Of a stretch of 56,124 bases of DNA, positions 37,288-46,779 are shown one piece after another (the first letter of the stretch is position 1; each line of letters starts with the position of its first letter). The DNA is from Exilispira sp. (GTDB taxonomy: Bacteria; Spirochaetota; JAAYUW01): positions 1-56,124 of the forward strand of contig JAAYUW010000022.1 in NCBI GenBank assembly GCA_012517545.1, given 5' to 3'. Position numbers and translations under genes: made by a program. The notes below the pieces were generated by a model. That model saw nothing but the letters and a program-made list of their open reading frames with translations, made no database searches and was not told the origin of the DNA.

Positions 37288-39738
37288 TTACCAGGTAAAT
37301 ATATCTCCAACAGTTAAAGTTATATCCCAGTACCAGAATGATGTTTTTATGAAATCAAGCGAGCCTTCGCTGGTAAAGGTAAATGGATGTGTAAAGTAAA
37401 GTCTAAATGGAAGCGATGGTATCTGAAGCTTAAAGCCAAAACCTATAGTACCAACAATATCTGTCCAGGTAAGTGAGAGTATATCATCAGGTTGACTTAA
37501 AAGGTAACCTAAATCTGAAAAGATAGAGACAGTAAAGATCTGAGGAACTATCTCTCTTTGGAATTCAAATGAAACAAGACCTTTAGTATTCCCATAGTAA
37601 GGAGATAGCTTAATTTTCCAGCCTCTAATATCGTTGTACCCATTAACATATAGCATATTTTCTGGTCCAATCTGAAGTTGACCATCAAACTGAGGAAAGA
37701 TGAAATCTACATTTGAATTTATAGAGAAGACTATCTTCCAGAAAAGTGATATGTTATAGTTTAATCCAATCCCAAGTTTAGTAAACTGTGAATCTCCTCC
37801 AAGAAAGCCACCGTAATAACCTAAAGTCAACTTTGCAAAGTACCCTTTTGTAGGGAATAGATAGTAATCCCTTGTATCATACCTTGCAACTAAAGAAATT
37901 GAATTTGTAAAAGACCAGTAGTTATCGTTTCCATTGGCAAACTCAACAAATGGAATAAATGTAAATTCGGGGATATATGGTGTATCAGTGACTCCTTCAA
38001 CACTATGATAATGCACAAGACTTGTAGAAATATAACCTACCAGAGAAAACCTTGGAATCCATCTTTTACCCCAAGATAGAGAAAATGTATATTCATCGAG
38101 CCAGTAATCCATAATATTGTAACTGGTAAGATCTTCTGGGTCAAAATCTGGCTCTCCATCAAGATTGTTATCGGTATAAGTTTCATTCATAGAAATTTCC
38201 CCGGAAAGACTTATACCAAACTGTATTGGTTGACCTAAAAACCATTTATCAAGGTATGATAGACTTAATAGATAGTCATTGTTGGTTGAAACTGTAACTT
38301 CAGCACTTATTTGAAGTCCAAGTCCAAGAAAATTATACTCTGTAATACTTCCACTCAATCCAAAACTGTTATCAGAACCTGGCGAATACGTAGCACCAAA
38401 TTTGAACTGTCCGGTGCTTTTCTCTTCGACTGCTATAATTAGATTTACGAGGTCATCATCAGAACCTTGTTGAAATTGAACATCAATGGCTCCAAAATAC
38501 TGTGTGTTGTAAAGGTTGTATATGGATTGTCTGATCTTATCGGTACTGAAGGTTTCACCTTCCTGAATCATAAGTTCTCTTATTATAACATAGTCTTTTG
38601 TCTTTGTATTACCTTTTATAATAATTTTCTCTATATGTGCACGAGAATTTTCAGATATTGAGATAACGATATCTACCTTTTTATCACTGTAATTTATAGT
38701 TTCTTCAACTTCAACTATTGCAAAAACATATCCATAGTTAGCATAATAATCTCTAATCCTATTTGCAAGATTAGCTATGGCTATTTTATTATAGACAACA
38801 CCTGGATTCGTTATTTTGGGATCCAGAAAAGCTACAAGATCAAAAAGTTTATTACCATAAAAAGCAAATGAATTGAGAGTATATTGCTCATTTTCTACTA
38901 TGCTTATCGTGATTTCAATATCTTTTTCTTTCTCTGTCTCTGTTACTTTTATATCTTTAACAAAAACCTCTACATCAAGATATCCCTGGCTCCAGTAAAG
39001 ATTTTGTATTGAGTTAAGATCCTGCTCTATCTTTCCTTGATTGTATATTCCCTTATTAAATTCAAAGATAATTTTGGATTGTTTTTTAGTCTGCATTACT
39101 TTGAGAATCTTTTTAGACTCGATAACTGTATTTCCTTCAATATTTATAGATTTTATAATATATCTCTTCTTTTCCGAAATCTTAAAGGTGATATTTGCCT
39201 GTTTGTTTTCATCTATTTTAACCGAATACTCTATATCTGGTGCTTCATATCCTTCGTCAAGATAAAGATTTTTGATCTTTTCAACTGTTTTTTTGATCTT
39301 TAAATCTGAGATAAAATCACCTGTTTGAATCAAAAGCACTTCTTCTATTTTATCCTTTTTTAAAGCGTTATTTCCGGTTATTTCAATCTTATTGACTATT
39401 TCTCTCTCTTCAACATTTATAGCAAGTATAACCTTACCATCCATCGTTAAAGACAGATCTATTGTAACTTTTTTAAAATATTCTGTCTTATAAAGAGTTG
39501 AAATAATTTGACTGAGGTTATCTAAAGTTAAGACATCGGATACTTTAACTGGAATTAAGAATAGGATCTCTTCCTTTGTTACAACTGAAAGTCCAGTGAT
39601 CTTTATCTCTCCAATTTGTTTTCCAATATATAATGAATAATCAAAAATTGAACTATCCTGGCACAGTGCATTAATACTTAATGAAAAAAGGCAGGCAAGA
39701 ATAGTAAATAGTAAAAAAAATATTTGACGAGACTGCAT
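37288..39738 (-). CDS. bamA: outer membrane protein assembly factor BamA
   Basis: Signal peptide, about five POTRA-like repeats (I..I.I.GN....), and a C-terminal Omp85 beta-barrel with alternating aromatic pattern. Length 816 aa. Confidence 0.9.
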   Translation of the reverse strand: MQSRQIFFLLFTILACLFSLSINALCQDSSIFDYSLYIGKQIGEIKITGLSVVTKEEILFLIPVKVSDVLTLDNLSQIISTLYKTEYFKKVTIDLSLTMDGKVILAINVEEREIVNKIEITGNNALKKDKIEEVLLIQTGDFISDLKIKKTVEKIKNLYLDEGYEAPDIEYSVKIDENKQANITFKISEKKRYIIKSINIEGNTVIESKKILKVMQTKKQSKIIFEFNKGIYNQGKIEQDLNSIQNLYWSQGYLDVEVFVKDIKVTETEKEKDIEITISIVENEQYTLNSFAFYGNKLFDLVAFLDPKITNPGVVYNKIAIANLANRIRDYYANYGYVFAIVEVEETINYSDKKVDIVISISENSRAHIEKIIIKGNTKTKDYVIIRELMIQEGETFSTDKIRQSIYNLYNTQYFGAIDVQFQQGSDDDLVNLIIAVEEKSTGQFKFGATYSPGSDNSFGLSGSITEYNFLGLGLQISAEVTVSTNNDYLLSLSYLDKWFLGQPIQFGISLSGEISMNETYTDNNLDGEPDFDPEDLTSYNIMDYWLDEYTFSLSWGKRWIPRFSLVGYISTSLVHYHSVEGVTDTPYIPEFTFIPFVEFANGNDNYWSFTNSISLVARYDTRDYYLFPTKGYFAKLTLGYYGGFLGGDSQFTKLGIGLNYNISLFWKIVFSINSNVDFIFPQFDGQLQIGPENMLYVNGYNDIRGWKIKLSPYYGNTKGLVSFEFQREIVPQIFTVSIFSDLGYLLSQPDDILSLTWTDIVGTIGFGFKLQIPSLPFRLYFTHPFTFTSEGSLDFIKTSFWYWDITLTVGDIFTW

Positions 39739-39931
39739 TTAAAACTCCTGTATAAAAATTTATTTAACATGATCTCATTTAGAATAGATTATTTAATAGA
39801 AGGTAATGTAAACTTAAAAAATTATGAGTGTTAACTTAGTAACATCTATATCTATCTACATTTTTGCCAATAAAAGTCAATCTAAAATAACTCTATGAAG
39901 CATATAAAATTGATCTGGCAAAAGAAATTAT

Positions 39932-40771
39932 TCAGGAAACCAAAAATACAAATGTAATATAGCCAACATCAAATCCATCATATGTAACCTGATTGAACTT
40001 CCATTCACTAACCACAGAAATAATCATTCTATCAAGATTTACAAAACCAGTAGATTCTATAACTATAACTGAAACAACTGAACCATATTTGTTTATTTCA
40101 ATCTTAAGCTTGCATGTAATATTTATCCCTTTGGAAGCATATTCAGCAGGCAAAACTGGAAGTACTTTTTTTATCGTCCATCTGTTTGCATTTCCAACCC
40201 ACTGGATATTGCTCGAAGAACCTGAAGACTTACCAGTTGAACTTGAAGATGATGTATTTGATGAAGATGAACCTGACGAGGTAACATTTGAAGATAAGAT
40301 CTGTTCAACAAGACTATCACTGTAATTTGCTTCTGTTGAACCTTCTTCTAAGTTAGCACCCTGCTGTGGTACATTTTCAGCAGTAGAAGTATTTGTTGAT
40401 GAAATTTCTTCTTTTTTCTGGATTGTTTCAGTTGCGCTATTTGATGAGGTTTCCTTTTTTGTACTTTCTTTTTTTATGGTATCCTTACCTGTTATCTTAT
40501 TGGATTTCTCAGGTTCTTGAAGTATTGAAAGATTTTCTGCTTCCTCCTCGTTTGATGGCTCTATTGAGTTAGCATTTGTATTGATAAAAGGAAAACCAGA
40601 TGAATAAGAGAGATCTGTCGGTATATTTAAACTTATTTCCTTATAGTCTGTTTCATCGTGCAATGTTGAAAAATTAGTCACCAGAGCAAATAAAAGTACT
40701 ATAACAACGTGTAGCATAACAGAGAGAAAAATAGTAATCTTTGGAAAATTTTCTTCCCTATTTTTCTTCAT
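39932..40771 (-). CDS. tonB: TonB family energy transducer with Ser/Thr/Glu-rich (not Pro-rich) linker
   Basis: N-terminal TM anchor, a low-complexity linker (SSGSSSSNTSSSSSTGKSSGSSSN), and a C-terminal TonB_C-like domain (PVLPAEYASKGINITCKLKIEINKYGSVVSVIVIESTG). Confidence 0.75.
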   Translation of the reverse strand: MKKNREENFPKITIFLSVMLHVVIVLLFALVTNFSTLHDETDYKEISLNIPTDLSYSSGFPFINTNANSIEPSNEEEAENLSILQEPEKSNKITGKDTIKKESTKKETSSNSATETIQKKEEISSTNTSTAENVPQQGANLEEGSTEANYSDSLVEQILSSNVTSSGSSSSNTSSSSSTGKSSGSSSNIQWVGNANRWTIKKVLPVLPAEYASKGINITCKLKIEINKYGSVVSVIVIESTGFVNLDRMIISVVSEWKFNQVTYDGFDVGYITFVFLVS

Positions 40772-40983
40772 GATTTTCTTTATAACTTTAAATTTTAAAT
40801 CTATTTCAAAAATAATCTTATACTTTTATCCTTCTTAATATAAGTGATATTGATATAAAAACCGTAAAGCAAAAAATCACACAATTCATTAGATCTGAAT
40901 AACCTTAATTTTCCCCAGTACTTTAGACTATATTAACAGTAAAAAACAATAAAAAGTGGAAATATATAATAAAGAGAAAAATA

Positions 40984-41409
40984 TCAATATGGCTTTATTC
41001 CAAGCGATATTGATGTTATTGAATTCTTTCTCAAAAGATCAAGTACTTTAATAATCATCTCATATGACACCATTTTATCTGCATTGATATAGATAGAGGT
41101 GCTGGTCGAGTTCAGATGATTTGTAATAATATAGCTATTTAATTCAGAAAGAGACACTATCTGTTTATCTATCATAATAGTACCATCTTCAAGTATAGTA
41201 ATAATTATAGCTTGATTTGAAGGATTTTCTCCAGTTTCTGCAGAGGGTAATCTGACAGAAATATTTTTATAAGTTTGAAAGCTTGTAGCCAAAAGGAAAA
41301 ATATGATAAGCAAAAACATCATATCTATAAGAGGAGTCATATCAAGCTGTACGCCTTCTCGTTTTTTTCTTATCTGCATTTTTTCCTCTTTTACTATCTT
41401 TTTTCTCAC
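40984..41409 (-). CDS. exbD: ExbD/TolR family biopolymer transport protein
   Basis: DMTPLIDMMFLLIIFFLL TM motif and a periplasmic domain. The likely start is the ATG at 41379; either start overlaps the basic tail of rnr. Confidence 0.85.
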   Translation of the reverse strand: MRKKIVKEEKMQIRKKREGVQLDMTPLIDMMFLLIIFFLLATSFQTYKNISVRLPSAETGENPSNQAIIITILEDGTIMIDKQIVSLSELNSYIITNHLNSTSTSIYINADKMVSYEMIIKVLDLLRKNSITSISLGIKPY

Positions 41410-43168
41410 TTCTAGTGTTTAACTCTTCTTTTGAGTTATAAAGTCTATAATCAACAAGCCCTTTATTTGTAATTACCCGACTGACTATAACATTTAGGGA
41501 AGTACCTAAACCTATTTTTTTTATATTTGATTTTGTTTTACCGGATGCTTTAATATAACAATTCTTGTTCTTATCATAACAAAAACCACATTTTTGCAAG
41601 TGTTCTTTTGGTAAAAGACCGTCTATACCAAAATCATCTATCTTACAAAAAACTCCCTTTGATATTATATTGACAACTGTTGCTTTGAAAGTATTCCCGA
41701 TATAATTTTGAATGTATCGTGCATTCTTATATTTTTGATACATAAGTTCAGCATCGGTAGCTATTTTTTCTCTATAAGAAGTTATAAGAGCTATATTTAT
41801 CATCTCTTCATTTGAGATTTCAGAATCTTTCGAATACCTGGCATTTTTTTCACTTTCTAGAATCTGCAAAATACGCCTGTGGATGGTCAAATCAGCATAG
41901 CGGCGTATTGGAGATGTAAAGTGAGCATATTTTTCAAAATTTAAACCAAAATGACCTTTATTTGTTTTATCATAATTTGCAGTAGTTAAAGATCTTAAAA
42001 CAAGAGTTTCAACTGTATTTTGAATATCACTCCCTTTAATCTCATTTAAAAGTTTATTTATCCTGTTATGATCCATAGTTCCTGAAGATTTGTAACCTAA
42101 AGAAGCAAGAGTTTTTTTAAGATTTTCGGTACTTTTTATAGAGGGTTTTTCATGAATTCTAAACAAGAAAAGATCTGATTTACTACCAAATTTAGCTATC
42201 AATTTATTTGTAAGAAGCATGAACTCTTCAATTATCCTCTCACATATGCCTCTATCATATTTGATTATAGCCTTAGGGACTAGATAATCACCTTCAAAAT
42301 AGTAATCATACTCTGGAAGATCAAAAAGCAATGAACCAGTTTTTACTCTCGCATCGTAAAGTATTTTATATAATTTTGCTGATAAACTTAAAAATTCATA
42401 AAGTTCATGATTTTTATTTTCTAAAATTAAATTCCCTATTTCATATGGTACCTTTTTATCAACCCTTATTATAGATCTGTAGATCGATGAATCAAGAACC
42501 TTCCCTTTATTATCGAGCAATATTTCACAGGTGATAGATAGTCTTTCACAGCCTTCCATCAAAGAACATTGGTAAAGAGATAGTACCGGTGGGAGCATGG
42601 GGACAGCCCAGGGACCGAGATAATATGAGTTTCCTCTTTCTAAGGCTTCTTTATCGGTAATACTACCTTTTCTGACAAAATAAGAAACATCTGCTATATG
42701 AACCCATAACCTGAAATCATTTCCCTCTTTTTGAAGAGAAAAAGCATCATCAAAATCCTTTGCAGATAAGCTATCCATAGTTATGGTAAAAATGTCTCTA
42801 AGATCCTTTCTTTCTTGATATTCTTTCTCTGGTATTTCAAAATTTTTATAAACGCTCATTTCATGTAAGCATTCTTCGGAAAAACCTACCTTGATGCCAT
42901 ATAAACTTGTAACCATAGAAAAATCAGGATCTAGTATCATAGACCAGGGATATATGTTGTTATCCCTTATTAAAATATACTGTTCATTTTCAAGATTTGC
43001 AAGCACTTCATCGACAATATTATGAACCTTTTTAGGAACCTTTAGCCTTTTAAATAAATCCACAACAGAAATACATTTTGTATTCTTTATAACATCAAAT
43101 ATTTGAGCGTAAATTTCATCTTTCATAGTAGTTTTTTTTAAATTCATCAAAATATACCTTTTATGCAA
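41342..43168 (-). CDS. rnr: ribonuclease R / RNase II family 3'-5' exoribonuclease
   Basis: N-terminal winged-helix-like segment; RNB domain (DSLSAKDFDDAFS, HFGLNFEKYAHFTSPIRRYADLTIHR); C-terminal S1 domain (FKATVVNIISKGVFCKIDDFGIDGLL); Lys/Arg-rich tail. Confidence 0.85.
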   Translation of the reverse strand: MHKRYILMNLKKTTMKDEIYAQIFDVIKNTKCISVVDLFKRLKVPKKVHNIVDEVLANLENEQYILIRDNNIYPWSMILDPDFSMVTSLYGIKVGFSEECLHEMSVYKNFEIPEKEYQERKDLRDIFTITMDSLSAKDFDDAFSLQKEGNDFRLWVHIADVSYFVRKGSITDKEALERGNSYYLGPWAVPMLPPVLSLYQCSLMEGCERLSITCEILLDNKGKVLDSSIYRSIIRVDKKVPYEIGNLILENKNHELYEFLSLSAKLYKILYDARVKTGSLLFDLPEYDYYFEGDYLVPKAIIKYDRGICERIIEEFMLLTNKLIAKFGSKSDLFLFRIHEKPSIKSTENLKKTLASLGYKSSGTMDHNRINKLLNEIKGSDIQNTVETLVLRSLTTANYDKTNKGHFGLNFEKYAHFTSPIRRYADLTIHRRILQILESEKNARYSKDSEISNEEMINIALITSYREKIATDAELMYQKYKNARYIQNYIGNTFKATVVNIISKGVFCKIDDFGIDGLLPKEHLQKCGFCYDKNKNCYIKASGKTKSNIKKIGLGTSLNVIVSRVITNKGLVDYRLYNSKEELNTRSEKKDSKRGKNADKKKTRRRTA

Positions 43169-43238
43169 AAGTTAAACTGATAGGCTTAAATCATTTCTCA
43201 CAGATTGTATAGTATTAATAGATACTTTCTATAGAAGG

Positions 43239-44471
43239 TTAATTCAAAATTATCATGGCTTTATCGACTTTCCTTTCATCACAGGATATTATCCGTATCT
43301 TTAAATTATCAAAATTTAAAATCTCACCTTCTTTCGGTATTCTGCCTATATTATGTATTATAAAACCATTGAATGTATGATAATAGTCGTCGTAGATATT
43401 TAGATTAAGCATTTTATTAATAAAGTCAATCTCTGTTATTCCTGAAACCACATATGTTTTATTATTAAGCTTCTTTATATAGTAGTGGTTCATATTATCG
43501 CCAGAAGAAATAGCTGATGTGAGAGTCGAAAAAATATCTTTTTTTGATATTATCCCCGATATATCACCAAAAGTATCTATTGTTAAAAGATACGAAACAT
43601 TTTTGATATTCATAAGCTCAAGAGCATTTATAAGATTTTTTCCTTCATAGATCAATGGGGGCATAAAAATATCATCTTTTGTCAAATAGTAAATCTCATT
43701 CAAGTTATTTCTTTTTTTTAAAATATAATCTAAATAACAGATCCCAATAAATTCATTATCTTCATATACAATATATAGCGTATCATAATTTTCTTTTACA
43801 ACCTTAATATCAATTTTTTCATCTTTTTTTAAAACAATAACTGGAAATGAAGAGATTGGTTTCTGGATTTTTTCAATTTCTATTGTGTCAAAATGTAGCG
43901 CTTCCTCAATAAACAGTTTATATTCACTAAACTGACTTTTAAGTGAACTTGATAAAATACTTTTAATTTCAGCTGTTTCTGTATTTTCAGCTGTCTCCTT
44001 TGCCTTGAAAAATAATATCTGAATAAGATAAACAACTAGTTGAAAGATCAAAACAATAGGATAAAAAATTATTTCAATAAAAGCAAACAAGAAGGATGTA
44101 GCTTTAGAAATGGTGTATGGAAATCTCGAAGCAATGAGCTTTGGATATATTTCACAAAGTATGCATGTTATTATTGGATATATAAAATATAAAAAGATTG
44201 TTGAAAATATAGAATTTTCCGAAAGAAGATTTGCCAGAGCCTGGGTACTGGCAATAAGAGTAAAATTTGTTCCAATAAGACAGGTTGTAATAATGCGCTC
44301 AGGTTTATTCAAAATAGTCTTTAATATTGAAGATTTTTTATCATTTATTGTTTTTATTTCGACAAAAAATGGGTTTAAGGAGATCAAAGCTGTTTCGATT
44401 CCATTAAAATATGCGTTAAATAATTGTAAAAGTAAAATAATGAATATAAAATAAAATATAGTTGTTGTCAT
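43239..44471 (-). CDS. CNNM/DUF21 - CBS pair - CorC_HlyC family membrane protein
   Basis: Four N-terminal TM helices with NAYFNGIETAL (DUF21), a CBS-like middle and a C-terminal transporter-associated domain (FDNLKIRIISCDERKVDKAMI). Confidence 0.8.
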   Translation of the reverse strand: MTTTIFYFIFIILLLQLFNAYFNGIETALISLNPFFVEIKTINDKKSSILKTILNKPERIITTCLIGTNFTLIASTQALANLLSENSIFSTIFLYFIYPIITCILCEIYPKLIASRFPYTISKATSFLFAFIEIIFYPIVLIFQLVVYLIQILFFKAKETAENTETAEIKSILSSSLKSQFSEYKLFIEEALHFDTIEIEKIQKPISSFPVIVLKKDEKIDIKVVKENYDTLYIVYEDNEFIGICYLDYILKKRNNLNEIYYLTKDDIFMPPLIYEGKNLINALELMNIKNVSYLLTIDTFGDISGIISKKDIFSTLTSAISSGDNMNHYYIKKLNNKTYVVSGITEIDFINKMLNLNIYDDYYHTFNGFIIHNIGRIPKEGEILNFDNLKIRIISCDERKVDKAMIILN

Positions 44472-44484
44472 TTTTTTATATCTT

Positions 44485-45726
44485 TCACTTTTGTTTGATT
44501 TTGTTCAATTTTATTTTTTTAGTTTTTTTTATTTCGTTATTTCGATTTCTGTTTTTCGTAAAGTCCACTGGATAGATACTAAAATGTGAAACTTTATTTT
44601 TTTTCATCCTTATAACTTTGTATACAAATCCATTAACTTCAATGCTTGCACCAATTGAAGGAACATTTTGATAATAGTTCATAAAAAAATCAAGCAAAGA
44701 TGAGTCAAAGAATTGTTCAGGCAGATAAGTATCATAAAGATAGCCAAGCATACTGCAGCTGACATTAGATTCCATAATAATCGGATAACTGAATGATAAT
44801 ATATTCTTTTCAAAGTGAAGCATTTTATCCACCAATGTATCGTATTCAATAATTCCACAGTATTGAAAATGCTCATCATAGATACCTAAAATCATATCTT
44901 CAAGATCATTAAATCTTTGAATAGCAATATATAATTCATCATTTTCATAAATCATATCCAGTGGTTTTAGAATATTTGATACAGAAAAATTTTCAAAATC
45001 ATCAATACTAAGGAGATCCTTTTTTGAAATATAGCCATATGTTTTTTCATAATCTTTTGATGTAACAGGAAAAAATGATAAATCTGTATCTTTAAAAGCT
45101 TTTAAAATATGGTCTAATTTTGTATTTAATGTTATATGAGGTATATCTGTATAGTGTACCATAAGATCTTTGACCTTTCCACTTGTAAGTGATATTATAT
45201 TTAAAACTAAAGATGTTTGAGCTGGTTGAAAAAGCTTTTTCTTTAAGCCATCGGTTAGAGATTTTTTTACCTCATTTATAGATAATACTTTGGATTCAAT
45301 CTTAAGACCCTCAAGAGAATTTGAGAAAAATTGTACGGCATTATCTACAAATTTAAATTTTGAAATATATGCCTGCATAACAGGCAGATTTATATACTGT
45401 AGCTTTTTATAAAGTTTTAGAGCCAATCTTTTAGGTAAAATTTCTCCAAAAAAAAGCAATAAAAAGGTACTCAGTACAATGCTGAATATCAGAGATCTAT
45501 CCTTAAACAAATAATTCAATGTAAGTTTTTCAGAAATAATACCTATAAAAATATTTACCATCGTATTTGATATTAAAATAAATGTTAAAAAAGAATCAGT
45601 AGATGCTGATACATACTTTGATTTTACCTTATTATCTGCAAGATAATATACTGTTTCTGTTGAAGAAAAAAAGGCTGACAGGAAAAGCAAAATACATAAT
45701 AATATTATAAGAATAATCATAGTCAA
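44485..45726 (-). CDS. second, divergent CNNM/DUF21 - CBS family membrane protein
   Basis: DUF21-like N-terminus (FFSSTETVY, GEILPKRLA), a CBS-like region and a CorC-like C-terminus (VNGFVYKVIRMKKNKV) with a Lys-rich tail. Confidence 0.75.
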   Translation of the reverse strand: MTMIILIILLCILLFLSAFFSSTETVYYLADNKVKSKYVSASTDSFLTFILISNTMVNIFIGIISEKLTLNYLFKDRSLIFSIVLSTFLLLFFGEILPKRLALKLYKKLQYINLPVMQAYISKFKFVDNAVQFFSNSLEGLKIESKVLSINEVKKSLTDGLKKKLFQPAQTSLVLNIISLTSGKVKDLMVHYTDIPHITLNTKLDHILKAFKDTDLSFFPVTSKDYEKTYGYISKKDLLSIDDFENFSVSNILKPLDMIYENDELYIAIQRFNDLEDMILGIYDEHFQYCGIIEYDTLVDKMLHFEKNILSFSYPIIMESNVSCSMLGYLYDTYLPEQFFDSSLLDFFMNYYQNVPSIGASIEVNGFVYKVIRMKKNKVSHFSIYPVDFTKNRNRNNEIKKTKKIKLNKIKQK

Positions 45727-45938
45727 TTTCTTTTATTTTCTCCTGATAATTTTATCTTATATTTTTTTGATTATTTTTGGTGATTTTATCTTTAGAATCT
45801 TTCCTTAAATAAAAAAACGTAAAAACACGATTTATTTCTTCAAAAATTGAAAAAAATAGGATAACAGGGCTTTTATGTTTTAATATAACAAGTTATAAAT
45901 TTTCTATTAATATGGATATGTTGTTATCATAAATAATG

Positions 45939-45988
45939 GCTCTTCGCAACAGACTTTCGACTTTTGACTGTAGTAAACAGTGAAGAGC
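45939..45988 (-). repeat. hairpin repeat copy E (GCTCTTC...GAAGAGC arms, member of the GAAGAG family)
   Basis: 7-bp arms at 45939-45945 and 45982-45988. The loop contains tttcgacttttgactgta (45955-45972), related to the reverse complement of 35041-35065. The minus strand continues GAAGAGCCATTATTT, as in copies A and B. Confidence 0.6.
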
Positions 45989-46096
45989 GATAAAAATCAT
46001 GCATCGACACTTTTTGCATTTCTTTCTGGTCATTTTAAAAGAAGTCAAATTATGATATGAATTGCAATAAATTCAAAATTGAAATAAAGGCAAAAT

Positions 46097-46693
46097 TTAC
46101 AGGAGTTTATTTATTTCATTAGAAATAATATAAAGTCTCTTTTCAAAATTATCTGCCTTATTATCAACAAGAGTAAAGAAAAAAACGGTAGGTATAGCTA
46201 TTATAAGCCCTGTAGCTGTAGTTATAAGAGCCTCTGATATTCCACTTGCAAGTGCTGACGCATCACCAGTACCTATCTGTGCAACTATCATAAAGTTCCT
46301 TATCATCCCTGTAACTGTACCAAGTAATCCGAGTAAAGTTGCAAGGTTTGGAAGTACCTTCAATATTGGCAAAAACTTGTTTATAGTGTTTGATTTTTTA
46401 ATACTCTCTATCTCAAGAATATAATCTCTATCATCTTTACTTAAAGAGGCAGATTCTATAAGTATTTTTAATAGATTTGCTATAGGGGAACGAAACTTTT
46501 CAAGATATTTTTTCGCTTCTTCAAAATTTTTTACAACAATCATTGCTTTGCAAATTTTATAATCATTATCTAAAAAATCATCATTCTTTTTAAAGTATAA
46601 ATATCTTTCAATTAACAGGGTTACAGCCAGAATTGATACCATAAATAGTGGAATCATGACTGGCCCGCCTTTAACGATATATGAAAAATCCAT
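46097..46693 (-). CDS. exbB: MotA/TolQ/ExbB proton channel family protein
   Basis: Three TM helices and the conserved LLGLLGTVTGMI...GISEALITTATGL segment. Confidence 0.85.
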   Translation of the reverse strand: MDFSYIVKGGPVMIPLFMVSILAVTLLIERYLYFKKNDDFLDNDYKICKAMIVVKNFEEAKKYLEKFRSPIANLLKILIESASLSKDDRDYILEIESIKKSNTINKFLPILKVLPNLATLLGLLGTVTGMIRNFMIVAQIGTGDASALASGISEALITTATGLIIAIPTVFFFTLVDNKADNFEKRLYIISNEINKLL

Positions 46694-46779
46694 TTTGCCT
46701 CCTGTTTTTTGCTGAAAGATTTTAAGAAATCTTTCATTTATTTTGCATACACGGTATACTTTTGATTATGAAAAAGCTT

